Below, one piece after another: positions 8,689 to 15,455 of a DNA stretch of 32,000 bases (positions are counted from its first letter, which is position 1; every line of letters begins with the position of its first letter). Both the position numbers and the translations under genes were made by a program. The notes under the pieces are model-generated. The model saw only the letters and a list, made by a program, of their open reading frames with translations. It did no database searches and was not told where the DNA came from. Source of the stretch: Dickeya dadantii NCPPB 898 (GTDB lineage Bacteria > Pseudomonadota > Gammaproteobacteria > Enterobacterales > Enterobacteriaceae); assembly GCF_000406145.1 (NCBI RefSeq), contig NZ_CM001976.1, positions 1,832,061 through 1,864,060 on the forward strand, read 5' to 3'.

Positions 8689-9705
8689 CTATTCATCATT
8701 ATTGATTAGCGGCAGATCTAACGTTGGCGAAACGCTGACCTTTCTATCGTACGTTATGACCTGCGCTTCGGTCTTGTGTCCGCTGAAAAGTTGCTTATCG
8801 CGACTGCTGCCCTCGTAGTCAGAAATGCCCTTGGCTTTAATATCGTGAAAATGGCATGTTAAGGGACGCCCCAGCTTCTCACTTGCCGCTGACCTCGCTT
8901 TCCGAAACAAATCATTCAGACCAGATTTGCTGTATTTTCCACCCTTTGAGTTAGCAATAATGTATCTGCTGCCGCCAAGCTCCTTTGCTTTGTTTAAAGC
9001 CGCACGCAACCGGTCTGTATAAGCCTTGATTTGTTTTTTTCCGGTTTTCCCTTGCTGTATAAATAATCCTAAATCCATTTCCTGAGCCCATTCGAGATCA
9101 CGCACATCACCGCTTCTTGCGGCACACAGATACGCTATCTCCATTGCGCATTGTAGTGCCAGCGTCGCTTCGTTATAGATAGCCATATAAACATCGTCAT
9201 CGATATAGAGATCCCTGGGCTTGACCGAGAATTTTGATATTCCTGCACACGGATTCGTTTTCACATAACCCCGCTCATAACCCCAGCGATAAACCCGGCT
9301 CATACTGCTCTTTTCCTGATTTGCTTGCGTGCGTGATTTTTTCCCCCTGATATCAAGATAACGCCTGACGTGCTCCGGCTTGATAGAATCAGCCTTAGCG
9401 TTACCAAACGCGTGCAGCAGTTTTTTTTGATGCTGTAGGTAGTCAGACTGAGTGCGCGGCGACAAATCTTTGTAATACTCACTATTAAGAAAAAATACCC
9501 ACAGTTTTCCAAACGTCATTACGTCACGTTTAGAGCTAATAATCTTTTCGTATTTTTCCCAAACCTGCGCTATGGATAAATCACGAATTTTCCCTAACGT
9601 GATCGTCTCTTTTGTTTTTGCAGGTTTGAATATGTAGCTGTATTTGTTTTTCCTGACTCGCGGAGGTAGTTTGTTATCCTCAGGATTAAGTCTCTTTCGT
9701 CCCAT
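8689..9705 (-). CDS. int: Tyrosine integrase (lambda Int family)
   Basis: 338 aa. Catalytic-region motifs AYLCAARSGDV, HDIKAKG and GHKTEAQVITY. Adjacent to the tRNA att site. Confidence 0.9.
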   Translation of the reverse strand: MGRKRLNPEDNKLPPRVRKNKYSYIFKPAKTKETITLGKIRDLSIAQVWEKYEKIISSKRDVMTFGKLWVFFLNSEYYKDLSPRTQSDYLQHQKKLLHAFGNAKADSIKPEHVRRYLDIRGKKSRTQANQEKSSMSRVYRWGYERGYVKTNPCAGISKFSVKPRDLYIDDDVYMAIYNEATLALQCAMEIAYLCAARSGDVRDLEWAQEMDLGLFIQQGKTGKKQIKAYTDRLRAALNKAKELGGSRYIIANSKGGKYSKSGLNDLFRKARSAASEKLGRPLTCHFHDIKAKGISDYEGSSRDKQLFSGHKTEAQVITYDRKVSVSPTLDLPLINNDE

Positions 9706-9710
9706 TAAAT

Positions 9711-9938
9711 CTAAATTCCATCAAAGTTTATTCCGGCATCATCATCTTCCAGCTCAGGCGCTGGCGTTCCGTTTAATACGGCGTTAACATGCGCCCATGT
9801 TGTGCGAGGATGACCGTCTTTATTTGGTATAAAGGATATTCCGTTCCTGGTTAGAATTTTTATCTGGCCTGATGCGTACTTATAACCCGTCAGCTCCATT
9901 AAATCGTCTTCGCTTAAAATGTCGTTTTCTTTTCCCAT
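9711..9938 (-). CDS. DUF4224-like small DNA-binding protein in the excisionase position
   Basis: 75 aa with LSEDDLMELTGYKYASGQIKILTRNGISFIPNKDGHPRTTW, resembling DUF4224 proteins found next to phage integrases. Confidence 0.5.
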   Translation of the reverse strand: MGKENDILSEDDLMELTGYKYASGQIKILTRNGISFIPNKDGHPRTTWAHVNAVLNGTPAPELEDDDAGINFDGI

Positions 9939-10098
9939 TATTTTTCCCCAGCGACTTTATTATTTCGTCAGCATCGGCGCAGGCCTTGTCTATATCCTGC
10001 TGAGTCAGAGTTTTATTTCTGGCGCTGCGGGTCAGTCGGCCTATTTTTAAATCAAAATCAGATAATAGGCGGGCGCCAGGTTGCCATTTTTTATACAT
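9880..10098 (-). CDS. Hypothetical protein (72 aa)
   Basis: ORF with GGAGG-5nt-ATG at MYKKW (10098). Its 3' end overlaps the next gene by 59 nt, which lowers confidence. Confidence 0.4.
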   Translation of the reverse strand: MYKKWQPGARLLSDFDLKIGRLTRSARNKTLTQQDIDKACADADEIIKSLGKNNGKRKRHFKRRRFNGADGL

Positions 10099-10142
10099 AG
10101 TGACCTCCATTAAGAGGTCACTATCTTATTTATGATTGCGGG

Positions 10143-10316
10143 TTATTTCTGATTATCGATAATCAGTTTTTCGCCCGGCGGATTGTTACTGACTCGAACA
10201 TCTGAGGGTAGGTCGTAAAACACATCAGCGCGCCGATGCGTCACTATCCTGCCAACCCTGCCGTCTGGCAGGGTGATGTATGTCGGTTTGTGCGGGTGGT
10301 GAGTCCGTTTCATCAT
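10143..10316 (-). CDS. Small hypothetical protein (57 aa, MMKRTHHPHKPTYITLPDGRVGRIV...), below the ORF-track cutoff
   Basis: Manual translation: 58 codons from ATG 10316 to TAA 10143-10145. Preceded by the exact conserved cassette CCGAGGCAAAACCAATG. Confidence 0.55.
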   Translation of the reverse strand: MMKRTHHPHKPTYITLPDGRVGRIVTHRRADVFYDLPSDVRVSNNPPGEKLIIDNQK

Positions 10317-10340
10317 TGGTTTTGCCTCGGTGCGGGATGG

Positions 10341-10841
10341 TCAGCGGACCTGCAGCGACGGCTGCCCGATCTCAATGTGAGCGCCGGGGACGTCAACGCC
10401 AGCATCGATTGCCTCCTTGATGGCCTTTTTGTCCGGAGCAACCAGCGTTTGGACTGTAACGAGTTCATCCGGCAAAAGGCTCTCATTGTCGATGATGACG
10501 CTGGCAACTCCTTTGCGCGCCGTGAACGTGTTGCGCGGCGTCTTGAGCGATGACAGACCGGCAGCCAGCAGGCAATCCAGTGCGTATTTTTTCAGCTGCT
10601 TTTCCCGGTTTTCAAAAGAGCACTTACGCTCAGCCAGGCGTCTGGCTTCATCGTCACACGTCTTTGCCTGCCCCTGCAGGTTGCGGGTATGGATCATGAT
10701 GGCATCCAATTTATCACCGAGCTCCATTTCCATGCCGAGCATTGTGTCGGCGATCATTTCCGGGGTCAGTTCATCCGACTCTTCCAGCAACCGCTGGAGT
10801 TTTGCCATATCGCTGGCAATTGCGATAGCGGTAGTGCTCAT
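10341..10841 (-). CDS. Siphovirus Gp157-like protein (recombination-module accessory)
   Basis: 166 aa, coiled-coil N-terminus (LQRLLEESDELTPEMIADTMLGMEMELGDKLDAI) typical of the Gp157 family. ATGA start/stop overlap with the upstream annealing-protein gene. Confidence 0.6.
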   Translation of the reverse strand: MSTTAIAIASDMAKLQRLLEESDELTPEMIADTMLGMEMELGDKLDAIMIHTRNLQGQAKTCDDEARRLAERKCSFENREKQLKKYALDCLLAAGLSSLKTPRNTFTARKGVASVIIDNESLLPDELVTVQTLVAPDKKAIKEAIDAGVDVPGAHIEIGQPSLQVR

Positions 10842-12898
10842 GCTTTCTCTCCTTCTTTGGCTTTCAGTTCCGCGATGCGGGTGTCTTTCAGTTCGCTCAG
10901 GCGGCGCAGGCGGCCAGACAGGTATTTAGCGTGGTCGCTGTCGCCTTTTGCTTCGGCGTTCTTGCGGTGGACCTCAACCTCACGCGCCAGCACGCCGTAA
11001 ACCTTGGCCGCCTCGTTTTCGCTGACGGCCGCTTTAATGGTTTCTGCGGCGCGCCCCAGTTTTTCGTCCAGCTCTTCGCGCAGGCGGGTGACATCAACCG
11101 CTTTTTCACTGGCTCGCTTAATGCCGAACTCGACTTCGTTTTCTGCTACATATTCAGGGTTATCATGCATACCCAGCCACACGTCAGCACTGAAACCGAG
11201 CAGGGAAAGTGCCTTTTTGATGGCGTCAGTAAGGCTTTTCTTTATAACTTCCGAGTCGGTTTTAATCCCCTTCTGCGTTTTGTACATGTACGGAGTGGCA
11301 CCGTACGCCTCGATCTCTGAGTGACCGCCGTCATCGTTGATGTACCAGAATGCGATTTTCATCGAGTGATTCAATTCGGTGATAAGCGAACCATCCGCGT
11401 CACGCAGCAGCTTTGTGCCGATGAATTTTTTGTTGTCGTCATAAATTGCTTCACTTAGTGGCGCGCCAGGTAACATCTTTTCTTCCAAAATGCGGTGACC
11501 CCATCCGCTGCCCGCCGGACCAAAAATCTCCGTAGCCCGCATGAACATGTATTCGCTATTGATGCTGGTGCCTTCAAAGCCAGCGCCCGTCAGCGGTTTG
11601 GTGTAACGAGGGTCTGTGCGCTGCACACGTTTCCAGATGCTGAGATTTTCTTGCTCGACAACAGGCTTTTCTGCGATAGCTGATTCCACGGCCGCGGCGC
11701 GGGCCTGAAAATCATCCGCAGGTGCAGGCACCCCACCTTCATCATTACCCGCGTAAATGCCATACCCAATTTCATCGAGCTCCTGGCGGGCCTGCTGCGC
11801 GACGCTGACCGCCGGCTCCGGCTGGCTCGCTTCCGTTTTTTCTCCCTGATTTGAGGCGCCAGATTCGGGGCCGATCAATCCGTCGATAGAGAAACGTCCA
11901 CAGCCGAGATTTTGGATGTCGGGCTGCCGTGTGGCGGTAGCCGCGCCGGCATGCTGCGTACCATCGTCTTCGCGCCATGCGGCTAAATACTCGTCAGCCA
12001 AACGCTGGCGCGCGTTCGCATCGTTGAGCAGTTCGGGGCGTTTTTTCGCTTCGCGCAGCAGCCCCAGCAACACATCGCCGGGGATGGACAGGGCGCCATC
12101 TTGCAGTCGGATCGCCATCGACCAGCGCTGAAACATCTGGTCATCAGATTTAGCCAGCTCCTTCGCTCGAGCCACATCAGACGCGGACACGCCGTCGAAC
12201 GTGTCGGCATCAGTCACGAGGCACGACGCTATTCCGATGTCCAACCGATCCATGTTCGTCCACACGCGCTCAACTGCTGGCGCGTCTGCCGGCGGCGCGC
12301 TCTGGGTATGGCGATCAGATGTTCCGTATATCCAGTTATTGACGAACGCGCTGGCCTGCGCAGCATCAATCGGCGGGCTAAATTTTTTCTCGATCTCGGC
12401 AACCAGCTCGGTTACGCGAGCAGGGTACATTGCGGCCACGGCTGGGTACTGCGACAGCACTCTAACGATAGTGTGCGTGTCGTCATCGCCTGATTCATCG
12501 TCAGCAAAAAAATCGAGGACGAGAGAGTAGTCGTGGTCATCCAAATCTGTTTTGCCCAGTAGCACCAGCGCTGCGATTTTCTCCTGCAACGACAACTCAG
12601 CGGGGCGCTGAGGGGCCGGGTCTGGCTTGCGCGTCCACACGCCATCTACCAGCTCGTTTTCTTCCATGAAATCAGTGCTGAACTTACCGATTCCCGGACG
12701 CGGTGAGCCGACGCGATCCTCGGTAATGGTCGGATTAAAAAAATTGTCACTGGAGCCGGGGAATAGCTCTTCAATCAGCATGGTTGCCGCCATAGCGGCC
12801 AACTTCTGAGTCTTTGCTTCAACAAGCGTAGCCATTGCTTTGGCTCCGCTTTTTATCGCCGATTTTTTCGGCTCGAATGATGCGACATACATGGTCAT
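10838..12898 (-). CDS. Rad52/Rad22-type single-strand annealing protein with a ~400-aa N-terminal extension of unknown function
   Basis: 686 aa. The C-terminal third contains FEGTSINSEYMFMRATEIFGPAGSGWGHRI and KKSLTDAIKKALSLLGFSADVW, matching remembered Rad52-family phage SSAP motifs. The N-terminal part is acidic/low-complexity and has no motif I recognise. Confidence 0.65.
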   Translation of the reverse strand: MTMYVASFEPKKSAIKSGAKAMATLVEAKTQKLAAMAATMLIEELFPGSSDNFFNPTITEDRVGSPRPGIGKFSTDFMEENELVDGVWTRKPDPAPQRPAELSLQEKIAALVLLGKTDLDDHDYSLVLDFFADDESGDDDTHTIVRVLSQYPAVAAMYPARVTELVAEIEKKFSPPIDAAQASAFVNNWIYGTSDRHTQSAPPADAPAVERVWTNMDRLDIGIASCLVTDADTFDGVSASDVARAKELAKSDDQMFQRWSMAIRLQDGALSIPGDVLLGLLREAKKRPELLNDANARQRLADEYLAAWREDDGTQHAGAATATRQPDIQNLGCGRFSIDGLIGPESGASNQGEKTEASQPEPAVSVAQQARQELDEIGYGIYAGNDEGGVPAPADDFQARAAAVESAIAEKPVVEQENLSIWKRVQRTDPRYTKPLTGAGFEGTSINSEYMFMRATEIFGPAGSGWGHRILEEKMLPGAPLSEAIYDDNKKFIGTKLLRDADGSLITELNHSMKIAFWYINDDGGHSEIEAYGATPYMYKTQKGIKTDSEVIKKSLTDAIKKALSLLGFSADVWLGMHDNPEYVAENEVEFGIKRASEKAVDVTRLREELDEKLGRAAETIKAAVSENEAAKVYGVLAREVEVHRKNAEAKGDSDHAKYLSGRLRRLSELKDTRIAELKAKEGEKA

Positions 12899-12913
12899 TG
12901 GTTTTGCCTCGGT

Positions 12914-13267
12914 TTAAGCGGTGGTAATTCCGCTGAGGGAGAGATGGTCAATGCATTGCAGGGTTTTAATTTGGTCTTCAATTTCCGACGCCTGCAGGTG
13001 AGCAGATTCGATAATGCTGGACTGCTGGCGGCGTAACTGCTCGACGTATTTGTTTTTGAGATCGTCTGCTGACAACTGAGGAGCGGGAATTGTAATTTCA
13101 CGAACTTCTATGAGCGTAAACCCGTTCCATTGTGACATGTCACAGGTGGCAACAAACGGAGCGGGATTAAAACGATTGTGATGGATGTACAGCTTGACGT
13201 TGATATCTGGCGCTTTCATAGCGATCCCTTTATACTTGAGCCTCCAGTGACGGCCCTTGGTTGTCAT
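12914..13267 (-). CDS. Hypothetical early protein (117 aa)
   Basis: Start reassigned to MTTKGRHW (13267) because it is preceded by the exact CCGAGGCAAAACCAATG cassette. The longer track ORF would run through a GC hairpin. Confidence 0.6.
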   Translation of the reverse strand: MTTKGRHWRLKYKGIAMKAPDINVKLYIHHNRFNPAPFVATCDMSQWNGFTLIEVREITIPAPQLSADDLKNKYVEQLRRQQSSIIESAHLQASEIEDQIKTLQCIDHLSLSGITTA

Positions 13268-13339
13268 TGGTTTTGCCTCGGCGCGGGGTGGTTCCCGCGC
13301 TGTTCCCGAAAGGTTTGGTCGCCGATCGGGGTGAAGAAG

Positions 13340-13366
13340 CCCGCGCAAGCGGGCTTTTTTGCTTCA
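13340..13366. terminator. Bidirectional intrinsic terminator hairpin (distal of two on the early-left transcript)
   Basis: GCCCGC-GCAA-GCGGGC followed by TTTTTT on the plus strand. On the minus strand the same stem is followed by TTCTTCAC. Confidence 0.65.
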
Positions 13367-13432
13367 CAACACAACACACTCTGGCCTTTTAAAACCGAAT
13401 AGACCCGATTTATCAGAGCGCGCTGTGGTGTG

Positions 13433-13470
13433 AAAAAGGGCGGATAGGGAAGGTAATAACCCACACCGCC
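13433..13470 (-). terminator. Intrinsic terminator hairpin on the early-left transcript (proximal)
   Basis: Minus strand GGCGG-tgt-GGG-ttattacctt-CCC-tat-CCGCC followed by CTTTTT. Confidence 0.6.
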
Positions 13471-13967
13471 AAGGTCTTACACGCAGCTTACTGGCAAGGA
13501 TCACGGTCCTAACGTGATTTGGTTGTGACGCCCGGAGTCGAACCGGGCGGCGGGTAGGGTTTCCCGCCGATCACCTGATCGTCAATTTGGTTGTGGTGCC
13601 GGGTGCCTCCCGGTTTTGATCCCCGCTCAAGAATCAAAGGCTGAGTGTTGTTAAACGAGGTTTTGCTTTGAACGCGCCCCGGCGCATAGCCGGATTCACC
13701 ACAACGGTAAGGGTATTGGGATTCGGTAACTACCTATAATTACTGATGTGCTGGCCGCTCAAGCGCGGGACACATAACAAACCAATACCCTTACCTGTTG
13801 TGTGCTCCGTAACGTGGAGCAGACGGTCTGTTTTTAAGCCTCACGGGGCATTCTTTACGCGGGCGGACGACTCAACCGCGTTCACTGCCGTGACAGGGGG
13901 CTTGTGTGGTGTTACGCGCCCATTGCTCAATTACTACCACCACCGCAACGAATCTAATCTGTGCCGG
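13433..13967 (-). ncRNA. Candidate large structured non-coding RNA / leader of the early-left operon
   Basis: No open frame on either strand that looks like protein; stops are dense in all three minus-strand frames. Many GC hairpins, a 20-bp long-range helix (13700-13719 with 13782-13802), tandem hairpin+CACAACCAAAT modules, and a terminator at the 3' end. Confidence 0.4.
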
Positions 13968-14084
13968 TTACGCTATCCGGCGTCGCTTTACCGACCCAAT
14001 CAGGCCAGAATTTACGACCGAACCTCTGGTGTTAGCGCAGTCTTTCCCGCTGTCAGAACTCATTACCCAAACTACTGCGGTCAT
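13968..14084 (-). CDS. Possible 38-aa leader peptide (MTAVVWVMSSDSGKDCANTRGSVVNSGLIGSVKRRRIA)
   Basis: Manual translation. The ATG at 14084 is preceded by the exact CCGAGGCAAAACCAATG cassette used by six other early genes. No recognisable family. Confidence 0.35.
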   Translation of the reverse strand: MTAVVWVMSSDSGKDCANTRGSVVNSGLIGSVKRRRIA

Positions 14085-14164
14085 TGGTTTTGCCTCGGTG
14101 CGAATCATCTACCTATTCGTGCGCCGGTAGCGGCTACTTCGTGGGCGTCCTGCCTGTTCGCTGT

Positions 14165-14264
14165 CGTTGGAATAACCTTAACTAAAGGTAAGTGAAAAGG
14201 CAAGCAAAAATACTTTCAAAAAGTTAAGTTGGCGAGCGGAAGTTATTATGCTAATGATTTTTAA
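14165..14264 (-). promoter_or_regulatory. Probable OL/PL region (early-left promoter and operators)
   Basis: AT-rich block just downstream of the cI stop. Candidate minus-strand promoters are TTGAAA-17-TTCACT and TTGCCT-17-TAAGGT. Motifs AACTAAAGGTA (14180-14190) and TTAAGTT (14224-14230) recur in the OR region (14718-14728 and 14701-14707). Confidence 0.4.
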
Positions 14265-14666
14265 TTATTTTTTGTTTGATTTTTTTCTAGCCATTAACAG
14301 CTCTTCGAAGAGTGCGTTAAATCCATCCACTTTCTGCTCAAGGTCTGCCAGATGACGCTCTTTTTCCGACTCGGGTAGAGAGTCAAACAAATCCAACAGT
14401 TTACGCTGTCTGTCATCCAGCTCTGTCGGTAATTCTTCCGGTGCCGCCGGGGTGCTGGATTCATCGCCATACAGAAGCCACGTGGGTGAACATCGGAGCG
14501 CCCTGCTCAGCGAGAAGAGGTTTTGGCCCTTAGGCTGAGAATCGCCATTTTCCCACTTGAATATCGTCACATGGGAAACCTTCACAGCATCGGCCAGGCG
14601 CTGCTGTGACATGTCCATTTCAGTTCGTCGCGCTCTAATGCGCTCATTCAGTGTTTCTGTCTTCAT
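14265..14666 (-). CDS. CI-like repressor, HTH_XRE N-terminal domain, no S24/LexA-type peptidase domain
   Basis: 133 aa. HTH SQQRLADAVKVSHVTIFKWENG. The C-terminal ~60 aa is a helical acidic region (LDDRQRKLLDLFDSLPESEKERHLADLEQKV) with no GxSM...K cleavage-domain motifs. Divergent from the cro-like gene. Confidence 0.8.
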   Translation of the reverse strand: MKTETLNERIRARRTEMDMSQQRLADAVKVSHVTIFKWENGDSQPKGQNLFSLSRALRCSPTWLLYGDESSTPAAPEELPTELDDRQRKLLDLFDSLPESEKERHLADLEQKVDGFNALFEELLMARKKSNKK

Positions 14667-14745
14667 GCGCTTAATATAAATTATGTTGACTTAGCTTTTA
14701 TTAAGTTTTAAATTCCAAACTAAAGTTACAGGTACGGAGGTGTTC
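14667..14745. promoter_or_regulatory. OR region with divergent PR/PRM promoters
   Basis: Plus-strand TTGACT (14686-14691), 17 nt spacer, TAAATT (14709-14714). Dyad ACTTA-N8-TAAGT at 14688-14705 overlaps the spacer. Shares motifs with the OL region. Confidence 0.55.
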
Positions 14746-14943
14746 GTGTTTAAAAATGACGCAATAAAATTTTTCGGCAGTAAAACAAAGCTGGCCATTG
14801 CTGCCGGTGTGTCGCAGGCGTCCGTGTCTCGCTGGGGTGACGTAATACCTGAGCGACGGGCGGCGCGGCTCGACCGCGTTACCAACGGTGCGCTGCGTTA
14901 TGACCCTGATCTCTACCAGCGTCATAACGATACCCAGGGTTAA
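14746..14943 (+). CDS. Cro/YdaS-like HTH regulator
   Basis: FGSKTKLAIAAGVSQASVSRWG helix-turn-helix. GTG 14746 lies 5 nt after GGAGG (the track start, GTG 14740, overlaps the SD). Position is opposite cI. Confidence 0.75.
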   Translation: MFKNDAIKFFGSKTKLAIAAGVSQASVSRWGDVIPERRAARLDRVTNGALRYDPDLYQRHNDTQG

Positions 14944-14993
14944 CCCAAAAATCTGATTATCAAAAATCAATGCGAATGCGTAGGAGACGCGGA

Positions 14994-15440
14994 ATGGATA
15001 TCAGGGATTTAAAAAACGAGGTTGAGGATTGGGCCGCAGAAGCGGGGCAGGAGCGAGTAGCGATAGAGATATCGCGGGCGCTGGCGGAGCTGGGAGGTCA
15101 TCCGGGCATCAAGTTGCACGATATCGAGTGCGGCGACGTCTGGCGAGCTATCAACAACAACCGGCAGCAGATTTTTAGGTGGTTGCGTAGCGACACGCGA
15201 GCAGCTGACAGAAAAATTCAGGCGCTGGCGCCAGCCATCAAGCGGGCATTGCCAGCTGAACGCCGGGCGCGGCTCGAATCGAGCGCAATGTACCTGGTGT
15301 CGATCGCTATCCGTGAGTTTTTCGAGGCCGTGATTGCAATCCTGTTAGGCGACTGTGACATGTCACAGCGTTTGGCAACAGCAAACGCAGCAATAGCAGC
15401 TGTGGCGCCAGTGCTACAACAACGGCTGACCACCGTTTAA
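14994..15440 (+). CDS. YdaT / CII-like regulatory protein
   Basis: IFRWLRSDTRAADRKIQALAPAIKRALPAERRARL aligns with remembered Rac YdaT (IYHRWLKGETKTQREKIQKLIPAILAILPRELRHRL). Start set at ATG 14994, 6 nt after AGGAG. Confidence 0.55.
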   Translation: MDIRDLKNEVEDWAAEAGQERVAIEISRALAELGGHPGIKLHDIECGDVWRAINNNRQQIFRWLRSDTRAADRKIQALAPAIKRALPAERRARLESSAMYLVSIAIREFFEAVIAILLGDCDMSQRLATANAAIAAVAPVLQQRLTTV

Positions 15441-15455
15441 ACCGAGGCAAAACCA

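Noticed and set aside
13518-13583. Possible bona fide tRNA gene (T-arm TTCGACT plus ACCA end)
   Set aside because: The acceptor pairing is only 5 bp (TTGACG/CGTCA). There is no D-arm. The anticodon-like stem has 7 bp with an 8-nt loop, and there is no variable region. It fails the cloverleaf and is reported only as a tRNA-like element.
13264-14195. ORFs 13264..13464(-), 13746..14195(+) and 13906..14130(+) inside the structured leader
   Set aside because: They cross terminator hairpins or lie antisense to the transcription direction. They have no RBS and odd composition. I treat the region as non-coding.
13130-15368. CRP binding sites at the TGTGACATGTCACA palindromes
   Set aside because: CRP needs TGTGA-N6-TCACA. 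These have N4 spacing, so CRP is unlikely. By contrast, the 7068-7083 site has the correct N6 spacing.
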